This document shows positions 1 through 16,791 of a stretch of 64,000 nt of DNA, piece after piece. The position numbers were made by a program, and so were the translations under genes. Every line of letters begins with the position of its first letter. Within the stretch, counting starts at the first letter, position 1. Source of the stretch: Vermamoeba vermiformis (taxonomy: Eukaryota); contig JBEWZL010000012.1 in assembly GCA_045837725.1 (NCBI GenBank), positions 62,001 to 126,000 on the forward strand. Reading direction: 5' to 3'. Below the pieces are notes generated by a model. That model ran no database searches. It saw only the letters and a program-made list of their open reading frames with translations, and was not told the DNA's origin.

Positions 1-5118
<5,118 letters not shown>

Positions 5119-5315
5119 TGTGAGAAAACTAGACAGTAAATATTAAATAATTAATATTGGCGTTGTTGTACACTGCTAGTTGTGGTTTGTAAAAGAACAA
5201 AACTGGTCCGTGATGAAATTATTTTCAATTTCCTTTTTCCCATTTTGCGTGACATTTCACTGCTTCAAGGGAACCAAGTTGATCGACGTTAATGAAACAT
5301 GAACAGTAAATAGAC

Positions 5316-7466
5316 ATGCTGCGCAACACATTAACATCGCTTTGTACAAAGTATAGATCCCGCACTTGGCACTGGATCCAGGTAATTAATAAATAAATAT
5401 TTTACAGATGAATGGCGATGCCTCTACTTACACTAGTTGGTAGATACAATTAAATAAATATTACGCCCATATTTAATAATTAATTTCATATTATTATTAT
5501 CATTTGCAGCAACGACGCCAATGCAGCAGTGCCCCAGCCAAGACTAGCATTACTGTCACTTTGCCAGGCTACATGCGCGCCAAAGATCTCGCCAAGAAGT
5601 TGCACACCGATGTCGAGGCTGTCACGCGCTACTGCAAGCAACACGGCCACACCTTTCGCAAGTCCAGCGAGCTGATCGTCGACTATGCCACCGCGCAGGC
5701 CCTGGCACGTGATCGCGGAATAACTGCGCACTACCACGAGCTAGACATCAGTCGGCGGGACTACTGGGCACGCGAGCACAATCAAGCGTCACGTGCTCGT
5801 CCGCTCGTAGTGCTGGTGATTGGTCGCGTGAACAGTGGCAAAACGACACTGCTGGATCTGCTGCGTCGGCGCGGAGGACTGCAGACCCAAATAGCCCCAC
5901 ACGAACCAGGGCTGATCACGCAGGAATATCACGCCTTCACCATCGAGCACCGCACTGACACACCTGTCACGTGGATTGACACGCCAGGACACCACGTGTT
6001 TCATTTGATGCGACAGCACGGTGTCTCGGTGGCAGACTGCGCACTGGTCCTGGTCGATGCACTGCGCGGAGTGGACGATGACACGTGTCACTGTCTGGAA
6101 CTGGCGCGCAGTCACTCGGTGCCAGTGCTGCTCGCCATCAACAAGTGCGACATTGCCACCGCACAGCAGATTGAACGCGTCTATCAACAGCTGCATCTGC
6201 GCGGATTCCTCAGCAAACACGTGACACGTGCCGCCAATCCCTTCAATCGCAGTTCAGTGCTGCAATCTCAAAGCAATCTCGAGGCCACGGAATATCTCCC
6301 CGCTCAGAACGATGACGTCGATCAGGGCCCTGTGATCGTGGGCGTGGTGGAAATTTCAGCAAAGACTGAAGAGAACGTCGATCGACTGTTGCACGCATTC
6401 AGTGAAGAGAGTCACGTGCTGCACGAGTGCATGAAGCCGAGTAAGTGATGCAGCAGTTCTGTGTGCCCCTACAGCCCTACTAACCGCTACACCAGTGCAC
6501 GAGCGGAGTGACGAGAGCGAAGGCACGCTGTTGGAGTCCATGAACTCCGCGCAACACGGACAGAACTTGCACGTGCTCGCGCATTGGGGTCAGTTCAATC
6601 TGCACCAACACGTGCTCGCTGGCTTCTACCTCGGCAAGGTCAAGCAGATCTACGTGTGCGACAATCACGTGCGTCACAGCAGTGCCAGCATGCCACCACT
6701 CGACTCCTCCGCGCACGTGAATCACTTCCAGGCCCTGCAGTTCCGTGCCGTGGAGCGAGTAGAGCCTGGCCGTGCAGCGTGGCTCGTGACCACACGCCTC
6801 AACTCGCTCGTGTCCGCAGACGAGTACTTGTTGCCGCCGCCAGGTGTGGGCGTGTTTCAGCGACCCAAAGCAGTGCTCGAACAGGTGCTCGAACAGCGAC
6901 TGCTCGAACTCACCTATCATCAGCGCGTGCAAGCTGGACTCGCGCCTGCACCGCAACACCGCCCTGCTGGCACGAGTCAGTCTGTGACAGGTGTCACGGG
7001 GGTGTCAGCAGCCACCGTCAAAGCGAGTGCCGCGAGGTCAGCTGCGAAGAAGAGCACCAAAAAGAGCAAGAAGAGCGCTACTACTACTAGTGTCCCAGCA
7101 CCTCGTCGCGTGTCGGTGATCCTCAAGTGCGACACATTCAATCGCTTGGAGGCGCTCAGTCACGCGTGCAGAGAGCTCCAAGCACTGCACAACATTCAAG
7201 TGCGAGTCTTGCGTGCCTCGATCGGTGACGTCACCCCAACGGACATGTTTCATGCGCAAGTCGCAATTGAAGCGAGTCAAGAAGAGGGCAAAGAGCTCAA
7301 CTCCTTCCCGCTGTACTGTTTCAATGTCGATGTGAATCCATCCGTCAAGGGTTGGTTAGCAAAAAACCCAAAAATGAAACAAAAAATCGTTATCAAACGA
7401 TTCGATGTATTTAGTGACATAGTCGAAGATATTAAACAATCGACAGAGCTAATGCAGTCGGATTAA
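5316..7466 (+). CDS. Divergent IF2-like translational GTPase, probably mitochondrial (multi-exon)
   Basis: Basic N-terminus MLRNTLTSLCTKYRSR; IF2_N-like MRAKDLAKKL...VDYATAQALA; G motifs GRVNSGKTT, GLITQ, DTPGH, NKCD and ISAK; domain III-like VILKCDTFNRLEAL. ORFs 5504-6448 and 6495-7466 are joined by a GT-AG intron. Confidence 0.75.
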
Positions 7467-7737
7467 CCAAACAGGCAGATCCGACAAACGTGCGTGTTCA
7501 ACCTCTAAATTCTTATTATTGCCATAACCGATTCATCGAGAAGGGTTCCCCACGGAGTTTATGAAGAGACACGTGGATTGATCACGTGATCGAACATACA
7601 AATAAGAAAAAATTTCGTCGTTCAATTTCAATCCCAATTCAAAACATTACAACCACACGACCCCTCTTGTATTTTATTGTGTATACTCCTTCTTTTTGTA
7701 TATTTTTTTATTCCTCCTTGTATAGAACCAATCAACA

Positions 7738-8374
7738 ATGAACTCCGACAAACAAACAGCCCCCACTCAGTGCGCTAATGGATGTGGATTCTTCGGGTAT
7801 GTTCGCTAGGGTTGAATTTGCGTATTTACTCATCGACTAACTTGAAAACAATAGTAATCCAGTCACCGAAAACTACTGCTCCAAGTGCTACAAGGAAAAA
7901 CAACAAAAAGAGGCCAAGAAAAATCCGACCATAGCCGATATGGGTGGTAAGTCTTGCGAGACCTTCACCGATTATAAAATAGCTGCCATTTAATGACCAT
8001 GAATATTGCAAACATTCAAATTTTCCATCAAATGTATTTATCGCGCCCAGTTTCGGTTTAATTAACGTTTCAATTTTGAAGATGTGAAGAAAAGCGAGCC
8101 TCAACCCATTGCCCAACCCAAGCCAGTAATTAGTACACCTACAGAAGGTTCTCCTGCATCTCCTTCTCGCGTCCTTGGTGAGGCGAAGAAGTGTGCCAAA
8201 TGCAGCAAGCGCGTAGGTCTGTTGGGCTTCGACTGTCACTGCGGCGACATCTTCTGCGCCAAGCACCGCAATCCCACGGAACACGCGTGCGGCTATGATT
8301 ATCAGTCGGAGAGTCGCAAGCAGCTTGAAAAAGCCAATCCTCAAGTCATTTCCTCCAAAATGGAGAGGATATAA
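7738..8374 (+). CDS. A20/AN1 zinc-finger (stress-associated, ZFAND5/6-like) protein
   Basis: Exons give CANGCGFFG/NPVTENYCSKCYKE (A20) and KCAKCSKRVGLLGFDCHCGDIFCAKHRNPTEHACGYDY (AN1). Confidence 0.93.
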
Positions 8375-8754
8375 ATCCAATACACCACTCAATACAAACC
8401 TACCCTGAATACCCTGCCCCACCTGCACCTGCATGCGCGAGTGCACATCGAAGTTACCCACGCTTCGTTTCACATTCACTTGTCGGAACGAAAACACGCC
8501 ATTTTCTGTATGCTAACCCATTGTAAATATTGTGAATTACCCAGCCTTTTAATCATACATAATAAATACCAGTTATTATAATATTCCGGCTTCATGCAAT
8601 CTCGAAATTATTTAATTTCACTTCGCTTGTCGAATTTTCCCTTCAAAATTTTAAATCACAAACAGACGTATAAGTCTGGTAGAAACACGCAAATACTAAT
8701 GTAGCATATTTATATACTGAGAGTACACACGTGAAGATATTTTACGAAGCGAGT

Positions 8755-9845
8755 ATGGATCAACAAACTAAAACGCTGTGGATGGTAATTTACTACATCA
8801 TCGCGGAAGATATTTATTTTGTAACTAATTAATTTTGTATTCAGGGTAAGTGTAGACCAAAGCAAATGATTGGTGGTTAAATTTAATGCGCAGGCAACAT
8901 CGAATCTTTCATGGATGAGTCCTTTGTTGTTGTAAGGTTTGATTATTATTAATCTCGTGTTCACAATTATGACCTCATTAAGTGGGTACTAATCGCTGAC
9001 ACTAGGGGCTGTACTCCAGTCGCGGCATCCAGGTCAACAGCGTGAAGATAGTGCGCAATGCCGCCAATCCTACGGGCATGTCTTACGCCTTTGTGGACTT
9101 TTTGGATCGCGCGACGGCAGAGAGGACGCTGAACACACTGAACAACACGCCGCACGGGGCTGGCAGCAGCGGCACCTTTCGTCTCAACTGGGCCACGCAC
9201 TCTGCAGGCCCGCGCGTGCCTGGCATGCCACCGAGTGCCGAGTACAGCATGTACGTGGGGGACCTGGGCCCGAGTGTGACTGACGCCGTGCTGGCGGGGG
9301 CATTCAATCGCTACCGTTCAGTGAAAAGTGCGCGCGTGGTGATGGATCACAGCACGGGTGTGAGCAAGGGCTTTGGCTTTGTGAAGTTCACGAGCGAAGA
9401 GGAGCTGAATCGAGCCCTGGTTGAGATGCAGGGACAGCTGATTGGCGAGCGGACGGTGCGTGTCTCACCTGCACTGCCGCGCGATGTCAATGCTGCACCT
9501 GCCATGACACCTGTCAATCCCGCACCCATGCCGCACTGGTCGCCGTACCCCGCGAGCTACAATTACGGCAATTACTACCACACTGCCAATTATGGCTATT
9601 ATCCCGAGCAGTACGGCTATACGCCCAATTATGGTTATGCGCCCTATTACAACAGTCACGTGCCTGTCCCTTCGACTGCTAATTATAGCAATGGCAGCGA
9701 GGCAGCGAGCAGTGCAGTGCCCGATTTGGCAAGTGACGTGTCACACGCGCCATTCAACGTGCAGCAGGACAATGCGCGCTATGTCACGCAACAGCTGCAC
9801 GTGATCACGCGGTACTACTCGCGACCACGTGTCACTTCGCAGTAG
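8755..9845 (+). CDS. Two-RRM RNA-binding protein, Nam8/RBP45-47/TRNAU1AP family
   Basis: MDQQTKTLWM/GNIESFMDESFV, YAFVDF, FRLNWA, YSMYVGDLGPSVTD, SKGFGFVKF, ALVEMQG; Tyr-rich tail. Confidence 0.88.
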
Positions 9846-9974
9846 GCTGTTTGACACGTGTCACCTGTACATAGCAATAAATGTTCCGGTAAATAATCGC
9901 AATGATTGGGTTTATAAACAGGGTGCATAGCGAACTAATATTTCACCGAGCTGATTCTGCGGCTAAAAATAGTC

Positions 9975-11069
9975 TCAAGCCTTCATAATGTCCTTCTGCT
10001 TGGTCTGACCGAGGGTGTCCAATTTCTTAATATAGTCATCGTGTATCTTTTGCACTTCTTTCTCCACGCGCTTGGCATCGTCCTCGGGCAGTTTCAGACC
10101 TTTCAGCTCGCTCAGCGTGTCTTTGCGCACTGTGCGCACTTGCAGCTTGCCCTGGTAGAGAGCGGTCAGTGCACAGAGCTATTACTATATTAGGCAATCA
10201 CGTACATTCTCCACGGCCTTGGTTGCCATTTTAATCAATCCTTCGCGGAATTCTTTTGTGGGCCTGTCAAACAGCGGTCAGCAGCGATGACACGTGTCAC
10301 GGAGAGGACAGCACTTACTTGGGCACGGGCACGACGATCGAGCGGCCCTCGAGCTGCGCATTGAGTGCGAAGGGTCCTTGACTGCTCTGAATGGCTGCCA
10401 CCAGCTCAGCTGTCGCACTCGGATCGTACGCTGTCACCACCAGCGCTGTCGCATCGCGCACGTGCAGCTGTGCCAATGAGCGCAGAGGCTCGCCGTTGAC
10501 GTACACGTGATCTACCAGGGCAGGATCAGCGCGTCCAATGCGCAGTCCCGCGAGTTCTTTGCTGACGGCTTTGACCACCTCCTCCATCTGTGCGCGCGTG
10601 GCATCGAGATCGAGTTCATCGCCTGCCTCTTCAGCTGCAGGGGCCTTATTCTTGCCCTTGCTAGTGTCGTTGCTCTTGCCCTTGTTGTTCTTGCCTGCGC
10701 GGGGCCAGATCGAGCTGCGTGCTTCGGTGAGCAATGCGCGCGATTGGTGGCTTTGAATGCGCAACAAAGCACGGGATTTAGTGCGTATAACATGGGCATT
10801 AATTGGTCGCAGTGCCGACTGCGTGGGAGCAACGAGCTGGTGGAAATGAGTGAGATCCAGATAAAAATTAATTCAAATTTGAGTGCCTAATTTATAAAGT
10901 ATTTTCTCAATAATTATTATGATATTAATATTCGCATAATTTTTAAAAACAAGAGGGACGATTATTGACAACATTTATATGATGATAAAAGTGACATTGC
11001 TTTTTGATAGAAGAAAGTTACCGAAGCAGGGCGGCACTTCGTGACAAACGCTGCAAGACGTGTTAACAT
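9975..11069 (-). CDS. MRRF: Ribosome recycling factor, mitochondrial
   Basis: Presequence-like exon MLTRLAAFVTKCRPAS; LRIGRADPALVDHV, LRSLAQL, IVVPVPK; C-terminal EDDAKRVEKEVQKIHDDYIKKLD...KQKDIMKA*. Confidence 0.9.
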
Positions 11070-11099
11070 ATTGACTGTTCAATAGTTGTTCATAAGGTA

Positions 11100-13080
11100 A
11101 AAATAAAATTGTTGTTTGTACAAATAGAAAATCAGGGGCACGAAATTTCAAGAATTCTCAACTTCTTTTGTACCGCCCTTGCGTTCAACAATTTGGAGCA
11201 CTGGAAGCTGTTACCGTCCATCATAGAAACGCCTACCATTTGTTAGAGAGGCGATTCCATATATGGTTGATATATCAGAGTGTCCTGTTGTATGAGGATT
11301 GTTTACGTCTTGGACTGTTACAGAAGCTGATGCACTTAACAAAAGTCCTTTTGCTAACCGTTATTTAAACACAACTGATTCTTAGCTCAAAGTATATCTT
11401 AGTATTAAAAAGAATGACAACTTCAAGCCGGTTTAGTGTAACAAAGAGTGAAGCTAGGTTTTTTTCTGCATCTGTGGAGTTTCTGGGGTGCTTTCTTACT
11501 GTAACGTTTAATTCTAGGTAGTCATTAGGCCAAAAAGCCAGGCCCCAACATGCTACGTTTGATGATTACCAATCCCACACTAACCCATGGCAGAAAGGAA
11601 AAGTTCTTTGAAGAAAGAAATTGCACCAGTGGTGCTTAGCAAGGTACGTCCCTCCTCATTAAGATCACGAATGGGGACCCAATGGGTTTGAGTAGGAGGA
11701 TGGCTAATCCAGTGGGATGACATAGCCACCAAGGAGAGGTCCAGCCTGGCTAAGTTAACTGTAAACGCTCAAATAAAATTGAAGTTGTTCCTCTGGCAGA
11801 CATCCTGTCCGCCAAAAATTTTTCATCCATTGGTGGACATTGCGTCCATCCAGGGTTGCTACGTAGACGCGTCCACTGATGTTAGTAATTGACCAACTTA
11901 TACCAAACGTTGCCATTAGCACTAACGGACCCAAGAAGTACTACTATTGTCATCAGGAGGCTTTGGGCTAGCCGCTGGAAGCTGAAAATGTCATTGTTCT
12001 GCAAGAACTTAAGTACTAGAACATTGTTCTATATGCTGCAAAACCATTTAAACTTTGGAAATACCTAGAACTATCACTATATAACAAGAAGATATAGTAA
12101 TCGCAAAGATATTGTAGTGACAGCAATTGCCAACTTCCAAAAATTGTTGCATCATCCGTACAACATATGTTGGTCCAGCACGGTGGAAAACCTTTTTATA
12201 TGAAGGAATATGCTTAACCACATACATGGCATTTAGAAATCCTATTAAAAACATCTACTGTATGTCGGATGTGAGTCCATGGGGACACCAAAGTTCTGGT
12301 GAAGTTCTTCTCAGAACATCGTGATTTTCACCCTCCAAAGAACCAATGCACAATGGCCACAGAGGAAGATGGCCAGTCCGCTAGGCTCAGCTATCCGGAA
12401 CGTTTCGGCTATCCGGAGGCAGGTGGTGGAAACTTGGGTTGGCAACCACACAGAAGTCCCAGGTTCAAATCCCAGCAGGCATACCTGATTTTTATTTATT
12501 TGTATGGCTCAGTACCTGCTCAAGGTGGACTGAAACTGTCAACCACACTGACGTCATGGGTTCAAATCCAGTGGGTAGCATTTATTTTTATCCACCTAGT
12601 TGCATGATCTTTGTTGCTTTTTCAGCTAGTAGGTCATAATTGAAGGAACAATGGTTACTTAGTGCACTATCCATGAGTTGTGATTCTTGTGCATTGCCTG
12701 GCAAGGCACCCAAAGCAAAAGGATGTTCATGATGCAAACTAAACTTAATATCTGGTAGTGTTTACTGGCCTGCCAGGGGTGGTCCAGCCTGGTAAGTTTG
12801 CATACTCCCCTTCATCAACAACTGACTACCAACCATCTGAGTTGTGCACTTTCGGAGTGAGAGGACTTTTCAAATTTTTTTTTGAATCCCCAGTTGTAAA
12901 CCTCTTGCAGGCAACATCATTTTGAGGACAGTTGTTCATTTTTTCCAAGCAATGATTTGATGGTTGCCAGAATATTGGTTTAACACTCGTGATGACTAGA
13001 TTACAATTTATTATTAACAGTGCTACAATGTGAGTATTATTATTGTTCGGTTTTGTCTGCTTTGGGCTCTTCAAGTTGTG
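11100..13080. mobile_element. Putative decayed repeat or transposon-derived island (CpG-depleted, no intact gene)
   Basis: About 2 kb with no credible ORF in an otherwise compact genome. CpG is scarce (none from 12601 to 12852). Direct repeat GGTCCAGCCTGG(C)TAAGTT at 11738 and 12781; GCTATCCGGA twice near 12390-12417. No transposase recognised. Confidence 0.4.
12380..12592 (+). pseudogene. Two tandem degenerate tRNA-like (SINE-head-like) units
   Basis: Each unit has an A-box-like GGCTCAG, a shared CAACCACAC.GA.GTC, a B-box GGTTCAAATCC and a T-rich tail; no complete cloverleaf. Confidence 0.4.
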
Positions 13081-13155
13081 CCAGGGCCTCGCTTAAATTG
13101 ATGACCGTGTCCTGGTACAGTACATTAGCACGGATTGGGCTATATTAACGCGAAT

Positions 13156-14548
13156 CTAACTTACGCGCTTGTTCCGCAGCAGCAGAGCTTTGCACAGCTC
13201 ATCGAAGCTGGCTTTCAAGTGCTCCACAACAGTGGCCAGATCTGCTTCCTTGGCGAGGTTTGAGCCTGGCATTTGTTGCAAAAATTCTGGCAAAGGTACT
13301 TGATGGTGCTGATGCAGACTTACTATATTAGGCAATATATTCTTGCCCGTGGGCTGCTGCATCATAATCTTGAGCTGATCGACGAGTTCGTATTCACTGA
13401 AACACTTCACCAGAGCACGTGCGCGCTCCACGTGATCGTTCTCTTGCGACACCACGCGCAGTTGTTCGCGCTCGCGCTTGTTCTCTTCGAAGATGTAGCG
13501 CTCCTCCTTGCACCAGGTGGTGAGCTCGGTCAAGTAGGCGTGTATGTCCTCGAACTGACTGTAGGCCAGGCCGTACATCTGTTTGTGTTGCTCGAGCAGC
13601 ACCACGAGCAGATCCAGCACGTCAAAGTTGAGTCGTTCGCGAATCTCTTCGCAGCCGAGTTGCAGTTGATGCGCGCACTCGTCGTAGGCACGCTTGAGCT
13701 TGACGCGCTCCTTCTCAGCCGCGAACAGCTTGACGAGGTCCTGCTTCTTCTGCAGTGCTTCGAGCTTGCTGAGTATCGCGCTGTACTCCACCGCGGCCTT
13801 GTCGTAGCGCTTCTTGAGCTGTTTGACCTCGTGAATGTCGTGCTTGATCAGCACTGACAGTGGCTGCAGCACCTTCTCGTCGAGCTTGCCGTTGTGTTCC
13901 TGACGAATCTCCGTGCAGTCGCGATAAATTTCTGCAAACTTTCCCACGGCGAGCAAGTAGCCGCTCTCGCTCGTGTGCTTCTCCCACAACTGCCCGCTGC
14001 TCTCGGGGGCACTGCTCGCGGCATTGGAGTGGGTGCTGAGACGAGGACTGCTGTTGGGACCCTCGGCACCGCTGTTGCTCTCGCTCTCTGGATCCGCATT
14101 CGCTTCGGACAGCGAGGAGAGGGCGCGCGCAAAGTTGGTCTCTTCTTTAATATAGGCCTCGCCCCGCTCTAGACTCGCTTGTCCTTGTTTCAATGTCGCG
14201 GCCAATGCATCCCTGACATCTTCAATGTACTGTCGCAGCGAGGGTCAGAATTAATACCGGTGTGTCAGATCGGATTTACTTGGCCGTTTAAAATAATTAT
14301 TTATCGAAGCTGATGTCAAGAAGAATAATGATACATAATTTCGATATTAATCAGGAACATCGCAAATAAGAATCTAAATTGAATTGGAATTTAGATGGAC
14401 CTGAAAATCAATCGATTGAAAATCTTCTGGCAGTATTATAATGCAGTACCTTATATAAATCACGAAGCTCTGGAATCTCTTGCGTGTTTTTTTGTTGTCC
14501 AGTCGACGATTTGATTTTATCTAAAAACTGCTTCACTTTGCTGCCCAT
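13156..14548 (-). CDS. BAR-domain-like coiled-coil protein
   Basis: Exon 1 MGSKVKQFLDKIKSSTG...LYK, then ORF 13156-14205 with VLQPLSVLIKHDIHEVKQLKKRYDKAAVEY, typical of BAR helices. Confidence 0.72.
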
Positions 14549-14876
14549 CTTGATGCGGTTGGTGTGTTACAATAACTAGTTTGTTAAATAGTCATAAATA
14601 CAAAATAAATAACGTTCTTTTGCAGTACTGTTGCAGTGAACCAATTGATTAATTGTTTTATTGGCAGCGATGGTTTTTGTTGGCCAAAGATTCGATTTCT
14701 ATTTTTGGCAAAACGGTCCGTGCGCTGATTGGCCGAGTAACTTCTGTGCAGAGTGCTGGTGACATCATCGGCTCTCTTACGGTCCTCGCTTTGACAGGTG
14801 TCACGATACTATCAGACAGTCACTTGCCTTTTAAGGCAATGCAGCCGCGAGCAAGAATACAGTGCAGTGACACGTG

Positions 14877-16700
14877 TCAAATGGTAGTCGCTGAGGTGAG
14901 CAGTGTCCAGTAGAGCAGTGGCAGCACGAGATTGTCAATCTGCGTGGTGATTGCTTCAGTGAACACCACCAGCACTGCAGACACGAGCACGTGATCGACT
15001 GTGCCACCGACCAGGGCACACATCACGTGATCGACACTCACCAGGGCCAGCAGTGCTGCAAATGAGCCCTCGAGTGACTTGCGCTGTGGACTGAGTGGTG
15101 CGCACAGAGCCCTGGTAGAGAGCACGTGACTCCAGCGCACACGACCATATTTGGAACCGAACCAACTGGCAGCAGTGTCCGCGACATCGAGCACGAGCAG
15201 TCCTGCTGTCAACACGCGTGCTGTCGCCGCTGCAGACACGAGTGACAGCTGCAAAGATCCAGTGAGCACGTGACTGAGTGTCACAGGCCCCAACAGCCCA
15301 CCAATCAGCGCCAAGTGCGAGTACACGATTGGTCCTGCGCGGTCAGTGTCGGTCAACAGCGGGTCAAAGTGCGCGGAGATTGAATCTCCGAACAGGAGAT
15401 GATGCACACGGAGATACTCGACCAGGGCACCGAGACCGAGGACGAGGGGATAAGCGACCAATAAGAGCGCGTGGATGACGAGCACGTGACTGGCACTGAG
15501 CACGTGACTGGTGGTGAGCAGCAGTGGGGGCCAGAACATGAGCAGTGAGAGCACGTGATACCACTTGCGCACTCGTGTGACACGTGATCGATCGGTGGAG
15601 GGGCTGGCACGTGACACCAACCAGATGCTGATCAGCAACAGCACTGCCCAATATAGAAAGAGTGCCACCAGTGCCGTCAGCGGTGACGTAGATTGCGGAG
15701 GTGACTGTTTGACACCTGTCACTTCGATGACTGACAGAGGCGCCAAAAAGACTGCGCGGCCAATGAGAAGCAAGTGTCCCAAAAAGGAAATGATCGACAC
15801 GGCAATGAATGCGCGCGAGTGTGACACGTGTCGAGCGAGCAACCACGTGACAGACAGCGAGAGGAGCACGTGACTCAGTCCGTAGCGCAGTATGACACTC
15901 ACCAGGGCACTGAGCATGTGGTCGAAAAGTGTCTCGTTCAGTGAAAGCGGATACTGCGCAGTGAGCAGATTGCCAAATATAGTACTCATCGTGGTGGTCA
16001 CGATGCGTTCAGTGAATGGCTGATCAGTGACGACAGTGCAGGGTCCGAGTGAGTGCGGTGTGTCGTGCCAGCACCACAGCCACGTGATCAGTGTGCCACC
16101 GAGCTGTGCCAGCGTGATGACCTCGCCCCACGTGACACTGCGCGGCACTGACACGTACAGCCAGTACGCGATGAGCAGCGCGAGACACAGCGTGGTCAGA
16201 GGTGTGGTCAGATGTGTGGTCAGAGGTATTGGCAACCAGTACGCAGCGAGTGCGCACTCTACCAGGGCCAGCAGCAGACCACTCAGCCCGCGCACAGCAC
16301 CGATCAGCACCGCACTGCTCCCCACACTCGCGAGCCACGCACTGAACACGAGTGTATTGGCTGGGTTGTGTATGTGTAGTGTAGCGAATACGAGGGGCAT
16401 TATACTGCTGCACAGGAGCACACCTCCGCGATGTTCGATCTGCAGGGGATTTTCTCTGCAGTAATTTTAATAATGTAAATACCATGCAAACTATTATGGA
16501 TATTACCTCAAGCGCTTAAATCGATCAATTGCTGAATTTTTCGTGTCAAACAGCGGTGACAGAACAATATTGTGGATCACAGCCTGAACGAGCACAAGAA
16601 GATGTGCACGCGTTGCATATCCATGGTAACTCGTACTGTATAGAGCATACGAACAAATGAGCAACGCTAACAACCCCTCGTAGGTGAATGGTGGCTGCAT
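14877..16700 (-). CDS. DOLK: Dolichol kinase (CTP-dependent), polytopic membrane protein
   Basis: RKWYH, DRAGPIVYSHLAL, DVADTAASWFGSKYGRVRW, KSLEGS and EAITTQIDNLVLPL; many TM segments; exon 1 at about 16507-16700. Confidence 0.88.
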
Positions 16701-16791
16701 GATGAGGATTACAAATTACAATGTGCCGCTCGCGATGCATTACCGAGGAGCACTGATTAGAACGCTGAGCTCACAGACAATTCTGTACAGC

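Noticed and set aside
12380-12592. Functional tRNA genes
   Set aside because: Acceptor and anticodon stems do not pair and T-stems are mismatched; kept only as tRNA-like remnants.
16191-16224. 12-bp periodic GTGGTCAGA repeat in DOLK
   Set aside because: Simple coding slippage repeat (LTTHLTTPLTT).
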